A stretch of DNA of 64,000 nucleotides from Neophaeotheca triangularis (Eukaryota). The stretch covers positions 124,001-188,000 of the forward strand of contig BAAIJX010000030.1 in assembly GCA_054600435.1 (NCBI GenBank). Reading direction: 5' to 3'. Shown one piece after another: positions 53,527 to 64,000 of the stretch; position 1 is the first letter of the stretch; each line of letters opens with the position of its first letter. Position numbers and translations under genes: made by a program. The notes under the pieces are model-generated. The model had not been told where the DNA came from, did not search any database, and was given only the letters and a program-made list of their open reading frames with translations.

Positions 53527-55332
53527 CTATCCCAAACCCTCAGCAACGCCCTCACCAATCTCCCTCTCCCACTCCCTTTCCCGATACCTGATAGGCGTAT
53601 GCACGTCCTCGTCAGGGCCATCCCGATGGCGCGACTTGGAAGACGAGCCTCCCTCGCTATGGCCAGAGACGAAACTGTCGGCCGGGGGCGCCGAAGCCTC
53701 CTGCTGCTCGCCGGTGAGCCTGCGCTTCCCTTTACCACCACCTCCACTGCTGAGACTGCCGCCGCCGCCACCACCACCGCCGCTGAACCAGCCCGCTCGC
53801 TTCCTTGGGCTAGGGCGTGGGCTATTGCCTTCCATGCCACTGGCTACACTGCTTCCCCTCCCCCTCGCATCCCCGGCAGTGCCGACGTCGCCACTCTCAA
53901 GCTCTATGAGCTCGGCATCCCTTCCCCATTTCCTGCGCCGCGTATACCGGCCCCACCCGTCCTTGCGATGCCCATCCTGCCACTTGTTATCAAAATACGT
54001 CCAACCGTCTTCCTCACCGCCACCACCGCCTCCGATCCTCTTGGCGGATTTCTCCTTCTCCCGCGCGGCGCCCTCGACCCGCCATTCGGAACTTGGCGCC
54101 CAGCGCCAGACGGTGGTGTCGTTGTCTGTTTCCGGCAGCTGAAAAGTTTCCGGCGGCTCCGTGGTGTTGAGGTGTTCGTCGGTCCAGGCCTGACGCTCGT
54201 AGCTGAAGAGTGAGTAAGTCCACCCTAGGCCGATCCAGCGGCGTTGGTTTTCATAGAGGGTGAAGGTGAAGCGGACGCTGCTGGGATTGTTGGAGGAGGT
54301 GTTGGTGGTTGTGAGGGAGGAGGTGCTGTTTTGGGTTCTCGGGGGTAGGTTGGGGCGTTTGGTTTGGCTGGAAGTGGAGGTTGCGGAGGCCTCGGAGGGC
54401 GAGGGGAAGGTGAAGCCTGTGATTGCGCTTGCGATGGTACGTATTGTGCGGCTGCGCCAGAGAATGGTGCGGACGACTCGGGCGGGGCGCGAGTGCCAGG
54501 AGAGAACTGTGGTGCCCAGTGCTAGGAAGACGCGCTGGGTCGTGAGGATGTAGAAGGGTGGGAGGGTTAGCGCGATCCATATTGGGGTGAAGAGTAGGAT
54601 GCGAAGGAAGAGGGTCGTTAGCGCGGGTCTGGTGGTGGCTATAGTGGCCGTGGTCTGCGTGCTTAGGAAGTCGGTGAGTCGGAGCAGAGGGTCGAGGAGG
54701 ATGTTGCATCTGCTGGTAAAGGTTTTGAGTGTATCGAGAATCTCGTCTAAGCTTTTGCGTTGCGTTTCCGTGTCGGAGTTGCCTCTTTTGTGTTTCTTGT
54801 CTCCAGTCCAGGCTGTACTCGAAAGTGGACTATACCTCCGTGTGTACATGCCCAGCATGATTCCAGCCACCATTACCACCGGCCCTCCCCATCTTATGAC
54901 GGGGTCTCCGTATAGGACAGTCAACCAAAACCAGATCAACAACAAGAAGCTCTCCCAAGGATCGTCGGTAGTCCAGGATAGTAAGCCTACCAAGCGATTG
55001 AGCGGCAAGATGAACGGATGCGAGTAAGCCAGTGCCCTGGTAACTTGCGGCGGCGTGGCAATGAGCAACGGGCTCTTTTGATGTATCAGAACGGAAGCGG
55101 TGGAGCTGTTCTTGGAGCTCATATGCTGTAAGTTGGGCGCAAACCCGGCCACGGTAGGCTGCACGTTGGACGAGGCAGCATTCTCGCGGTTCTGGCCTGC
55201 GCTGTCGGGGCTGGTATCGTAATGCGAGGTCATCGAGGACATCCAAGGCGTGTCTGTGGATTTCTTGGTTAGTTTCCTCTTGAGACGCTTCATGCTTGCT
55301 TGCTTGCCGGCCGTCACCGCTGTGGGCCGCAT
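53527..55332 (-). CDS. Pex23/Pex30-family peroxin with dysferlin domain (start may be 55242)
   Basis: LLSWTTDDPWESFL, FTFTLYENQRRWIGLGWT, ERQAWTDE, WRWAPSSEW, GWTYFDNKW, RYTRRRKW. Confidence 0.88.
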   Translation of the reverse strand: MRPTAVTAGKQASMKRLKRKLTKKSTDTPWMSSMTSHYDTSPDSAGQNRENAASSNVQPTVAGFAPNLQHMSSKNSSTASVLIHQKSPLLIATPPQVTRALAYSHPFILPLNRLVGLLSWTTDDPWESFLLLIWFWLTVLYGDPVIRWGGPVVMVAGIMLGMYTRRYSPLSSTAWTGDKKHKRGNSDTETQRKSLDEILDTLKTFTSRCNILLDPLLRLTDFLSTQTTATIATTRPALTTLFLRILLFTPIWIALTLPPFYILTTQRVFLALGTTVLSWHSRPARVVRTILWRSRTIRTIASAITGFTFPSPSEASATSTSSQTKRPNLPPRTQNSTSSLTTTNTSSNNPSSVRFTFTLYENQRRWIGLGWTYSLFSYERQAWTDEHLNTTEPPETFQLPETDNDTTVWRWAPSSEWRVEGAAREKEKSAKRIGGGGGGEEDGWTYFDNKWQDGHRKDGWGRYTRRRKWGRDAELIELESGDVGTAGDARGRGSSVASGMEGNSPRPSPRKRAGWFSGGGGGGGGSLSSGGGGKGKRRLTGEQQEASAPPADSFVSGHSEGGSSSKSRHRDGPDEDVHTPIRYREREWEREIGEGVAEGLG

Positions 55333-55817
55333 CTAAGGTAGGTAGATGGGCATGGGTATGGGTGATGGGTGATGGGGTTGTTCATACCAAAAGCGGCCAT
55401 GCACGCCTACCACATTCTCGCCTGGTGACGATGTGCTGCTTGCTGCCTAGAGCAGATCAGAGACAAACACAGGCGACGATGATCTGATCAGTTTGGCGGG
55501 TTGTGTGACACTTGACCAAAAGAGTCACGAAGCAAAGCATTCCATTTCCTACAACCAACCTAGATGCAGGTGGCCTGAGGCTGGCATCACGTCACATGTG
55601 AAAGCTGCCCGCTCATAGTACCACCACTTATGGAAGGTGTCCCGACTGCTCGGACGGTCCCGTAAGAATAATCTCCAGGCCAAAAGTCCGACCGCCGATG
55701 AAGCGCTCGAAGTCGGAAGAGACAGAACAGCGAGAGACAGCCAGCCAGGTCATGGCAAAAAGTGTCGACTCTTGAACCACCCAACATCCTACTCCCACAT
55801 TCTTCTCCGAGCGCAAT

Positions 55818-56361
55818 ATGGTACGCCCCTCGGTCGCGCATCTCACCCCCAACCCTACAGCTATGCTGACCACAACCCAGGCGCACCGCATAGTAACCCA
55901 AGTCTTCGTAACCGGAGCGCGGGTCTTCGGGCGAGCCTTCGCAGAAGCCTACAAACAAGCCTCCGCCTCCCAAGTACACGCTCCCCCTCGATCCATCCGT
56001 CCACCCAACCCTCAGAACTAACCCTTCCCCCCTCCCTCTCCAGAAATACGCCCAACAAATGCAAGGCCAAGGCGGCACCAGCTCCCTCTCCTCCAGCGGC
56101 CTGACGCTCGACGAAGCCTGCCGCATCCTCAACGTCTCGCCGCCAAAAGGCGGCGTCACGAACCTGGAATCCGTGCACGAGCGTTTCAAACGCCTCTTCG
56201 ACCTCAATGACCCCAAAAAGGGCGGCAGTTTCTACTTGCAGAGCAAAGTGCTACGGGCCCGCGAGCGCATCGAGATGGAGGTACGTACGGCTGAGGAAGC
56301 GCGAGAGCGGGAAGAGGAGATTGAGCAGGGTTGGAAGCCGAAACTTTACAAGGATCGGTAG
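55818..56361 (+). CDS. PAM16: Mitochondrial import motor subunit Pam16; exons 55818-55820, 55881-55973, 56044-56361
   Basis: M|AHRIVTQVFVTGARVFGRAFAEAYKQA...LTLDEACRILNV...GGSFYLQSKVLRARERI. Confidence 0.93.
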
Positions 56362-57636
56362 AGGAGGGGCGCCTTGAACGGTGTGCGGTGTGCAGCGTGG
56401 GTGTGGTAGCGTTTTGGCGGCGGGGCCTTGTGTTCAAAAGGTGTGTTCGTGCTGACTTTTGGACTTTGTTCTCGGTCTGATCGTAGGCGTCGCGCACGGC
56501 TAAGCAAGCTCCTCCGAAGCAAGAAAGTCCACCGAAGCAGGAAGCGCCGCCTTGATGGCCTGTCGACCGCGATGGGGGATGGGAGGATTGAAAAGGGGGA
56601 TTTGAGAGGGGGGCCTGTAAGAGGAAAGAGAGAGCTCTGGGTTTTCTGCATTAGCGAGGAGTTGAATCATTTGTGGCGTGGCGGGGATCATGGCATACCA
56701 GGCGAGTCCAATCTCGACCTGCCAGGCGTTTTTTCGAGGGGATATGTATGGATGTCTTTGTCTCTAGAGAGAGTTTCATTCCCGGGGACCTGTACAATAC
56801 TCTCAACTCTCCCGTTTAAAGGGGACAAATGTAAAATCGAAAATGGCCTTTCTTCTACAGCAAAGCACCTGAATTGTCCAGTTTGGTTCGGTACGTTTTC
56901 TAAAATGACCGGCTGATGAATACCGGCCTACCATGGCATCGTTGTCTTCTGAAAGATCGCAACATACCTCCTATAAAGGACTAGTCTGTGACACGAGGCG
57001 TCTTGACGATACTTGATCGAACTCCAACAGAACGAGAGCTTACACCATAACCCACCTAGCTAGAACCGGTCTGCCAGATTGCATGCATAGCTTTGCAGTA
57101 TCCTTGCCAGTCTCTCCTGCGCTGAAGACCTCAAGTTCGCCTTGCTGGCTCGCTGTACTTCGTTGCGTGCTAAACATAATACCCATGGCCTTTGCATGCA
57201 AACCTCAAGACAACCCGGGAAGTGAGTCTGTGGCTTGTGGTAATAGCATCACTGGGACAGAGAGTTGTCTACCTATCAGCGCATACTCAACAGGACGTAT
57301 ACCCCTGATGGCGAAGGAACCTTGACGATTGACACAAGCAAGCCAGACGAGACAGAGACTCGAGCAGACCAAAATAGACAAACACAACCACAAACACAAA
57401 ACACAAAACAGCCGCAGCCAGTAGCCACAGAGAGTAAATCGAACGAGAGACAAATTCATATCAATCGTATTCACAGATCAACCCCTTCTACTCAACCCGT
57501 CGCAAACACCTCACTCCCCTCAGCTCCACGCTCCTTTCGCCCCAACGCATCTCACAACCCGCAAAGCGCTTTCATTCTCGTGCCTTCGTTACGCTCATCT
57601 CATCTCATTCCGCCGTGTCGTGGAAGGTCGACAAGC

Positions 57637-57791
57637 TTATTTGCCGCAAGAGCAGCTGCCGGGGGCGCAAGTGCACGAGGTGCAGGAGCAGGAACTGCAG
57701 AGAGGGTTTTGGTTAGCGGGTGTCGGTGTGAGAGTGGCGGGGCACGGAAGAGTGAATGGGACGGGACGTACGAGTTGCCGCAGCCGCCCAT
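57637..57791 (-). CDS. 25-aa metallothionein MGGCGNSSCSCTSCTCAPGSCSCGK; exons 57791-57772, 57694-57637
   Basis: CACAATG start, GTACGT donor, GCTAAC branch, CTGCAG acceptor; 7 Cys with three CxC pairs; TATATAA about 150 nt upstream. Confidence 0.9.
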
Positions 57792-58845
57792 TGTGATGGA
57801 GTTGATTTGGTGGGGTGGGGTGGGGTGGGTTGGTTGATTGGTGGTAGTGGTTGAAGTGGATGTTTTTGGAGTTGGCTGGTAGAGTTGTTGTTGTTGGGTG
57901 TCGTTATTGGAAGAGGTAGAACGTGAGGACCAGCAAGTTGTTATATATGTAGGTATACTTGCCCCTCCATGCCGAACACGTGAGTTGAGTGACTTGTGCG
58001 GTCGGCGAGAGGGAAGGTGGGGCGTTGTGGGGACTTTTAGCTTGTTACTTGCCCTATTCGGCAACGCCGGGGAGGACCCTGCCAGTTGTTCCCGACGGCT
58101 CGACCTCTCGGCGCGTTTCTTTTGCGTCTGCCGCTAACCTGTTAAGTTAGGCACGTCGCTAGGTACCTAGGTAAGGTAGGGTACTGTACCTAGTAGGTAG
58201 GTCGTTGTCATGTCCAGTTGTGTCCTGCCGTCGAGAACTCGAGATAGGCTCGATTGCCTGCGCTGTCTGCTGCGCGAATACTAACAGCGCGTAGAGCTGG
58301 ACTTGTCCGATTGGCCGACGGTTACAGTACGTCGAGCAGCTACTTATCATCATTACTGCAATGATACTGTAAATTAATACTGTATCGCAGCTTTGGCGTA
58401 GGTGGCTGTAGGGCGGCGGCTGGGCGTGGTAATAATGGGTACCGACGTACCGTACAAGTTCCGAGTCGTGAGGTACAGTATCTACACGCTTGCGCCTTGC
58501 CCTTGCCCTTGCGGGTCTCGAGGCAAGAAGGGTCTCCGTAGCGGCTCGTTGGTCTGGCTTCTCCTCTTCTAGATGCTGGCGCGGGCTCGGCGCGCTGTGC
58601 GTCGTTTATGCGGCCGAGGAATACGGCAGACGGCTTTGTAGGGTCGAGAGTTGGAGCGGGATCGTGGAGTCGTGGCTGTGGGACTAACGTTATAGTCAGC
58701 AAGTGTCTACAGTATACTGCAGTCTGCAGCGTCTTTCGACGCGGATTGGCTGTCACGGTTTACGCGTACGTACAGCATACGACAGAACAATCACGAGCCA
58801 CCAAGACAAGTTGTTGGCGCACTGACAGAGATTAATTAGCTCCCT

Positions 58846-60789
58846 TCACGCCCTCACCTCCCTCGCCACGCTACGACTATGAATCGCACTTCTCGTCGCC
58901 TTGAACCCAGTCTCTATCAAAAAAGCAGCAGTGTTTAGGGAGACCTCGACGAGAGCTTCGGCCCTGCGTTCAGCGGCACTTGGCTCCGGCGCTGGCGCCA
59001 CTTCCTTCACTTTACGCTTGCCAAAGGGTTTATACCACTTCCTGCCGGCGTCCTTGCTGAAAGACGTCTTGCTCTTCTTCGCGACAATGGCCTTGGTTGG
59101 GGGAGGCTCAAAAGCCGTGCTTTCGGCCACTATGGAGTCGTTTTCGATGACCGCGACGGCGAGCAGCGCACATAGAGCTGTGTCGACCACGTAGGGATCG
59201 TCGAGAGCAAGAAAAGCCGGCATATCTATGATGCAGGCCGCCTGGGAGAAGTCAAGTGTCGCAAGTGCCAGCGTGTCTGCTGCTATTGCCGCCGGTGTGG
59301 CTGTGGGGTGATGAATGGCAATCTTGGCTCTCGGGCCGCTGTATGAGGTTTGTGATTCTGCTCGAGTGACGGTGATGGGGAGGTCGCCCAAAATTGGGTG
59401 GTTCAGCTTGTACGATGCTGTTACGGCGCCTAAACTATCTCTTCGTCGTGTAGTACGGATAAGCTCACATCTGTAGCGGGAGTATGCCTCTGCCACGGCA
59501 TCTTGCGCGAGTCTGGCAGCTTCGCGCGAAAAAGCGTTGGGGTCCCACTCCGCTATCACGGCCGCTTCGGGTGAATTAGCGACTGCTTCGATGGCGTCCA
59601 CAGCTGCTGCTTGAGGGAATATCGTGGACACTTGTGAATCCTTTTCTGCTCTCCCGGGCTTTGAGGAGGGCAGGACTAGCTCAGCGACAGGCCTAGCAAC
59701 GGATTCATCTGGGTTGTGCTTCTTGATTGTGAGTTGCTTCAGCGGCACAGAAGGTTTGTTCTCCGTTGCCGAAGCGATCGATTCCATGGCCCAAAAGGCG
59801 TCTTCACTATTTGGGCCAACTGTAAGGGAGGTGCCTCTATTCATCGGTTGGAACAATCCAAGTTGAAACTTGCGGCCCAAGTCTGCTTGCATCCCGAGCG
59901 AAGCCTTCCAGAGAGCTCGAAGATCGTTGATAGTCGCTTGGGGAAGTGCCTCGTATGCGTCGTGCATTGCCATCCCAGAGTCAAACCGCTTCAAGACCGA
60001 ACCTTCCACTGGGCCGCTAGACTTGCTGATCTGGTCAGGGGACAATGCCAAGGCTGGCGTTGTTGTCGGATAATAGCTTTGACGATCCAGTGGCTTTGTG
60101 GGGTCATACTGCGGAAACATTGATTTCATCGGAGGTGTGTACACTGGACAGGGGCTTGGTGCTCGTTGGCCAGTAGCGCCGCTGTTTGAGCGCACTAGAG
60201 TGGGACTTCCAGATCGAACTGACTGCGGACTGTGGTATTCCACCGTTGTTGATGGGGTGGCGTTGAATCGCTGTCGGTCGGGTAGAGGGGAGAGTCGATC
60301 GTTCTCGCTAGCTACAAAAGTATTGTCGTCGGGCACCAAGTCGGCCAAAACGTTTTGGGGTTGTTGCGGCCTGCGGAATTGTGAAACGGCACTCATTCGA
60401 TTGTTCGACGATGGCGGTCCAAAATGTGAGTTTACCGGCAAAGGTGCTAGTTCGTCCTGATCTATAGGAGTACAAAGCTCCAGGCTGTCTTCTTGACGAT
60501 AGCCTGTACCGCCATGAACTGCACCTGATATTTGTTTGCCTTGGCGTTTCAACGAGCCTTGCTCTGGTCGGTTCAGTGGTGGCGGGCCAGGCTCGCAAAA
60601 CAGAGAGTGCTTGATGTGCTCATGGGCTGGGCGGATCTGCCCTTGGCCGCGTGGACCCACTCCAGTGTCAAGCTGCAATGCAACACCTTTCATCCCACCA
60701 GGGGCATTTTGTTGTTTCGGCTTCTTCAGACTCGACTTGCGAGGCATGGTGGAAGCCGGAAAAAGAGACAAGGGAGCGTGGGAAGCCAT
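58846..60789 (-). CDS. Hypothetical protein (647 aa), Pro/Ser-rich N-half and predicted globular C-half
   Basis: Long uninterrupted ORF with good ATG context; motif MKSMFPQYDPTKPLDRQSYYP. Family not recognised. Confidence 0.75.
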   Translation of the reverse strand: MASHAPLSLFPASTMPRKSSLKKPKQQNAPGGMKGVALQLDTGVGPRGQGQIRPAHEHIKHSLFCEPGPPPLNRPEQGSLKRQGKQISGAVHGGTGYRQEDSLELCTPIDQDELAPLPVNSHFGPPSSNNRMSAVSQFRRPQQPQNVLADLVPDDNTFVASENDRLSPLPDRQRFNATPSTTVEYHSPQSVRSGSPTLVRSNSGATGQRAPSPCPVYTPPMKSMFPQYDPTKPLDRQSYYPTTTPALALSPDQISKSSGPVEGSVLKRFDSGMAMHDAYEALPQATINDLRALWKASLGMQADLGRKFQLGLFQPMNRGTSLTVGPNSEDAFWAMESIASATENKPSVPLKQLTIKKHNPDESVARPVAELVLPSSKPGRAEKDSQVSTIFPQAAAVDAIEAVANSPEAAVIAEWDPNAFSREAARLAQDAVAEAYSRYRCELIRTTRRRDSLGAVTASYKLNHPILGDLPITVTRAESQTSYSGPRAKIAIHHPTATPAAIAADTLALATLDFSQAACIIDMPAFLALDDPYVVDTALCALLAVAVIENDSIVAESTAFEPPPTKAIVAKKSKTSFSKDAGRKWYKPFGKRKVKEVAPAPEPSAAERRAEALVEVSLNTAAFLIETGFKATRSAIHSRSVAREVRA

Positions 60790-61755
60790 GGGATCCAGCC
60801 CGAAGCAAGTGTGTTAGGAGGGAATGAGAGGAATATTATCACGATCAAAGCACGCCAGGAGTATGCAGAAGGAAAGTCTTGAGTGCAAGAATCGATCGAC
60901 GAGGAGTGGGTGGGGACTTGCCTGCTATATGCCTTTAGCTGCGTACGGTGGGAGCGCTACTTGACTATTGAGGTATGCCGGACGATGCATACAATCGATA
61001 GCGGTAAGTACGCACCAAGACTGCTTCGCGCTGAATCGTGGCCATCACTTTGTAGACACGGAGCCATCACTGTCAAAGTGGCGAATGAGTAGGCTTTTAG
61101 TGCACCCAGAAGAGGTGGAGGGTGGAGGGCCAAGGTGTGCTTCCAGGTAGGGTGGGATGCAGTATCCAGGCGCTTGACGACGTGACAGGCTGGCTAAGCG
61201 CCCTTCATCTCTGGACAGCAATGAGTGGCTCCATCTGAACTTGGTCAGACCGGATAGGGATGACCAACGATTGTAGAAAGGTGCCCTTGTACGATAGTCT
61301 GGTTCTGCCCACCTCACCGCTGCTGTTGACCATGGGTGGCCTTTAAGCACTTCCAGCTGTTTTCGCGTCGAGGGGACAGGGATACAAGTATATTCGCACA
61401 AAACTGATCAATGTTACGGCCATTAGTTGATGAGTCTCGACAAAGGAAGATTGTTCGTGAAAAGAGTCGCGAGACCAGGTGTCTACTATAGGTAGTAGTA
61501 TCTACCGACTCGAATACCTACAATGTGCCTACCTTGATGGTTTAACCATAACCGGCAGCCCTCCTTCAAAATGATGAACCATTCACTGCCCATTTCAAGT
61601 CCCGGGCCGATGTGGAAGTCGGAACCTTTGCTGAGTCATCGTTCAAGGAAGCGCTCCAGCTCCGGCAGCTCATGACAGCAAACCCACGAAGCTTGACTTT
61701 GCCAGTTCCCTAGCTTCTACAACAATGGCCATTCGACGGTGATTAACCCATCATC

Positions 61756-62955
61756 ATGGTGTCCTTTTGGCCGTTTCGCGGCGACGATACCTCGGCAGCA
61801 TCCTTCGAGAAAGCACTGAGCCAGCTGTCGGACAGGATCAACAAGGCGAGCAGCCAGAATGATAATCTCCGACAGCACCAAAGACGTTTCAAGGCACTGT
61901 GGACACTCTACTCAGGCTTCGCATATATCTTGATCGCACTGATCTTGGTTCTTGTCACTGGGTGGGAGCAATGGGGACCAGTAGAGTACAGTTCCGTGTC
62001 CGGGGGACCGGTCCTGATCTTCGGCGTAAGAACTACACTGGACACCTACTACAACTACCGCATAAGCAAATCGCAAGCCCATTTGAACCATCTCCAGAAA
62101 CAGAGGGAGACGACGATTGAGAAGCTCAAAGCAGCGACCAAGTACAACAGCACGCAGCAGCTTCTGGACAAGTATGGAGGCACGCCGGCCAAGAAGAGAG
62201 GATCCTCACCTCCTGCTGGTGGGAAGCGAAAGGTGTCAAGTCAGCAGTCGAAGCAGCAGCTTCAAAACATCCCACGGACTGGGTTTGCGCCCCCACCCAC
62301 TGCGAATATACAAGGTCGACCGCCTCCACCAGGCATGGCTCCACCGAATGCAGCTCCCCCGATGCCGAACCCAAACTCAAATACAATGGGAGCATCACCC
62401 GTCACGCCTGAGCAGGCGCCTACCGAAGAGTTTGCGCCAAACGCTTTCCCTGCTTCTACAAGGCCACCTGCGCCTCGAGCTCCACCCTCGCAATACGCAG
62501 CCGACGGGCCCAAATGGTACGACCGCATTCTAGACGTTGTTCTAGGCGACGATGAAACGCAAGCGAAGAACCGCATAGCGCTGATCTGCGACGAGTGCAA
62601 GTTAGTCAACGGACAGGCTCCGCCGGGTGCAAGAACGCTAGAGGACGTGGGAAGATGGCGGTGTAGCAGCTGCCACGCCTGGAATGGTGTGGAGAGCGAG
62701 GCCAAGCAGATAATGCAGCAGATGCGTGAGGTCAAAAACGAGAGTCGGCCGGGTAGCGTGAGAAGCTCAAAGAGGGAAGCCATGGAAAGCAGCACCGAAG
62801 ATTTCGAGCGCGTAGGAAGGGAGCCGGTCGCGGTCAAAGACGAGACAGACGGCGAGGAGAGCGATGAAGTCGATGGTGTCGGCAACGACGCTGCGGCCGA
62901 TAACTCTCCGGCAGCTTCTACAAGAAGCAAAGCTCGGCAGAGGAAGAAGGCATGA
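61756..62955 (+). CDS. LNP1: ER junction protein Lunapark
   Basis: SFEKALSQLS, two TM segments, KLKAATKYNSTQQLLDKY, WYDRILDVVLGDDE, ALICDECKLVNGQA..WRCSSCHAWN zinc ribbon. Confidence 0.92.
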   Translation: MVSFWPFRGDDTSAASFEKALSQLSDRINKASSQNDNLRQHQRRFKALWTLYSGFAYILIALILVLVTGWEQWGPVEYSSVSGGPVLIFGVRTTLDTYYNYRISKSQAHLNHLQKQRETTIEKLKAATKYNSTQQLLDKYGGTPAKKRGSSPPAGGKRKVSSQQSKQQLQNIPRTGFAPPPTANIQGRPPPPGMAPPNAAPPMPNPNSNTMGASPVTPEQAPTEEFAPNAFPASTRPPAPRAPPSQYAADGPKWYDRILDVVLGDDETQAKNRIALICDECKLVNGQAPPGARTLEDVGRWRCSSCHAWNGVESEAKQIMQQMREVKNESRPGSVRSSKREAMESSTEDFERVGREPVAVKDETDGEESDEVDGVGNDAAADNSPAASTRSKARQRKKA

Positions 62956-63075
62956 AGGGAAAAGTAGCCAATCTCGTAGAGAGGTATCTAGCCAACGATA
63001 GCATGCCATCCAGCCAGCCAGCCAACCAACCTCCCAACCTCCCAACTTCCCAATCCCCCAACCTCCCCCTTATTC

Positions 63076-63650
63076 CTACAACTTCGCCCCCCCTCTCCTC
63101 TTAACAAGCGCCTCCACGGCCTCCACCCCCGCCTGAGCAACCTCAGCATCCTGCCCGGGCAAACCAGTACTAACCCCGATAGCCCCGACGACAACCCCAT
63201 CCACCAAAATCGGCACCCCGCCGCCAATAATATTAAACCTCCCGCCATTTGTATTATGAATCCCAAAAGCCACACCGCCGGGCAAGAAATTCTTATTCTG
63301 GTAATTGGCCGTGGGAACGCGGTGGCCGGCCGCCGTGTACGCTTTGTCGATGGCGATTTGGATCGAAGTGAGCTTAGCGCCGGGCATGCGGATGAAGTGC
63401 AGCAGGTGCAGGGAGGTGTCTACTAGGGCTATGTTGAAGTCTGGTGTGTGGTGGCCGAGGGAGGTTAGTTTGGGTAGTGGGAGTGGGATTTGGGGGGTCC
63501 TTTTTTTTTTTTGGGGAGGGCAGTGGGGAGGGGAGTTTGGGGGAGCCGTGGGGACCTACCTATGCCCATTTGTTTTGCTTTCTCTTGCGCGGCGTCTGAG
63601 GCCACTTTGGCCGCTTCGAGGGAGAGGTTGGGGACTGAGCGGGTGGCCAT
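63076..63650 (-). CDS. GlcG/HbpS (DUF336) heme-binding-like protein with C-terminal AKL; exons 63650-63560, 63440-63076
   Basis: LSLEAAKVASDAA..MGI|DFNIALVD..FIRMPGAKLTSIQIAIDKAYTA..GGGVPILVDGVVVGAIGVS..QDAEVA. Confidence 0.88.
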
Positions 63651-64000
63651 GGTTGGTGTTGTGGTGGTGGTGGTGGTGGTGCTTTACTGTGATCTATAGG
63701 TCTATTGTAGATAAAGTAGAAGTGTGTTGATCAACCTACATTCGTTGTTGGCTAGGACTGAGGTGCTGGAAACACTGATGTAGTCTGGCATTGGATCAGA
63801 GCGCAACCTACCGTGCTGGGCGAATGGAGCTCAGATGTAACTCGTATCGAGGCTCAATTGCCGAGGTTGCGGGGATTGAGCTTGGAGAATAGTCTCTCCG
63901 TATCAGATCAGATCAGTTCTCTAAACTGTACTGTCTCGACAAGTGCGACGGACTGTTTTCAATAGATAACAGGAGATAGGAGGGCTCCGAAGAGAAAGAA

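Overview
Gene-dense, intron-containing filamentous ascomycete DNA. GT..AG introns of about 50-350 nt with CTRAC branch sites and the gene content suggest a Dothideomycete, but the taxon is an inference. About 30 protein-coding genes are supported, mostly housekeeping: an MCT-type MFS transporter (truncated by the window edge), SEC4/Rab8, NCA2, ERG25, SKY1/SRPK, an IMH1-like golgin, HGH1, a Cid1-like TUTase, TFG1, an Hva1-like protein, NDUFAF7, CDK11, a nitrilase, eIF3L, RPC31, an AA16 LPMO, cyclin L, a UCH, GatA, a PEX23/30-family peroxin, PAM16, LNP1 and a GlcG/HbpS protein. No tRNA, rRNA, transposon or CRISPR was recognised. Most notable: (1) a zinc-dependent deaminase whose HxE and PCxxC halves lie in different, long-overlapping reading frames, joined only by a 64-nt GC-rich hairpin intron candidate with no branch consensus, or by +1 recoding; (2) about a dozen C/A-rich to G/T-rich skew inversions, independent of gene strand; (3) a frameshift inside the AA16 LPMO linker; (4) two tandem paralogous small secreted proteins sharing an intron position; (5) a 25-aa spliced metallothionein that the ORF track misses. 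Exon boundaries were read by eye and are not transcript-verified.
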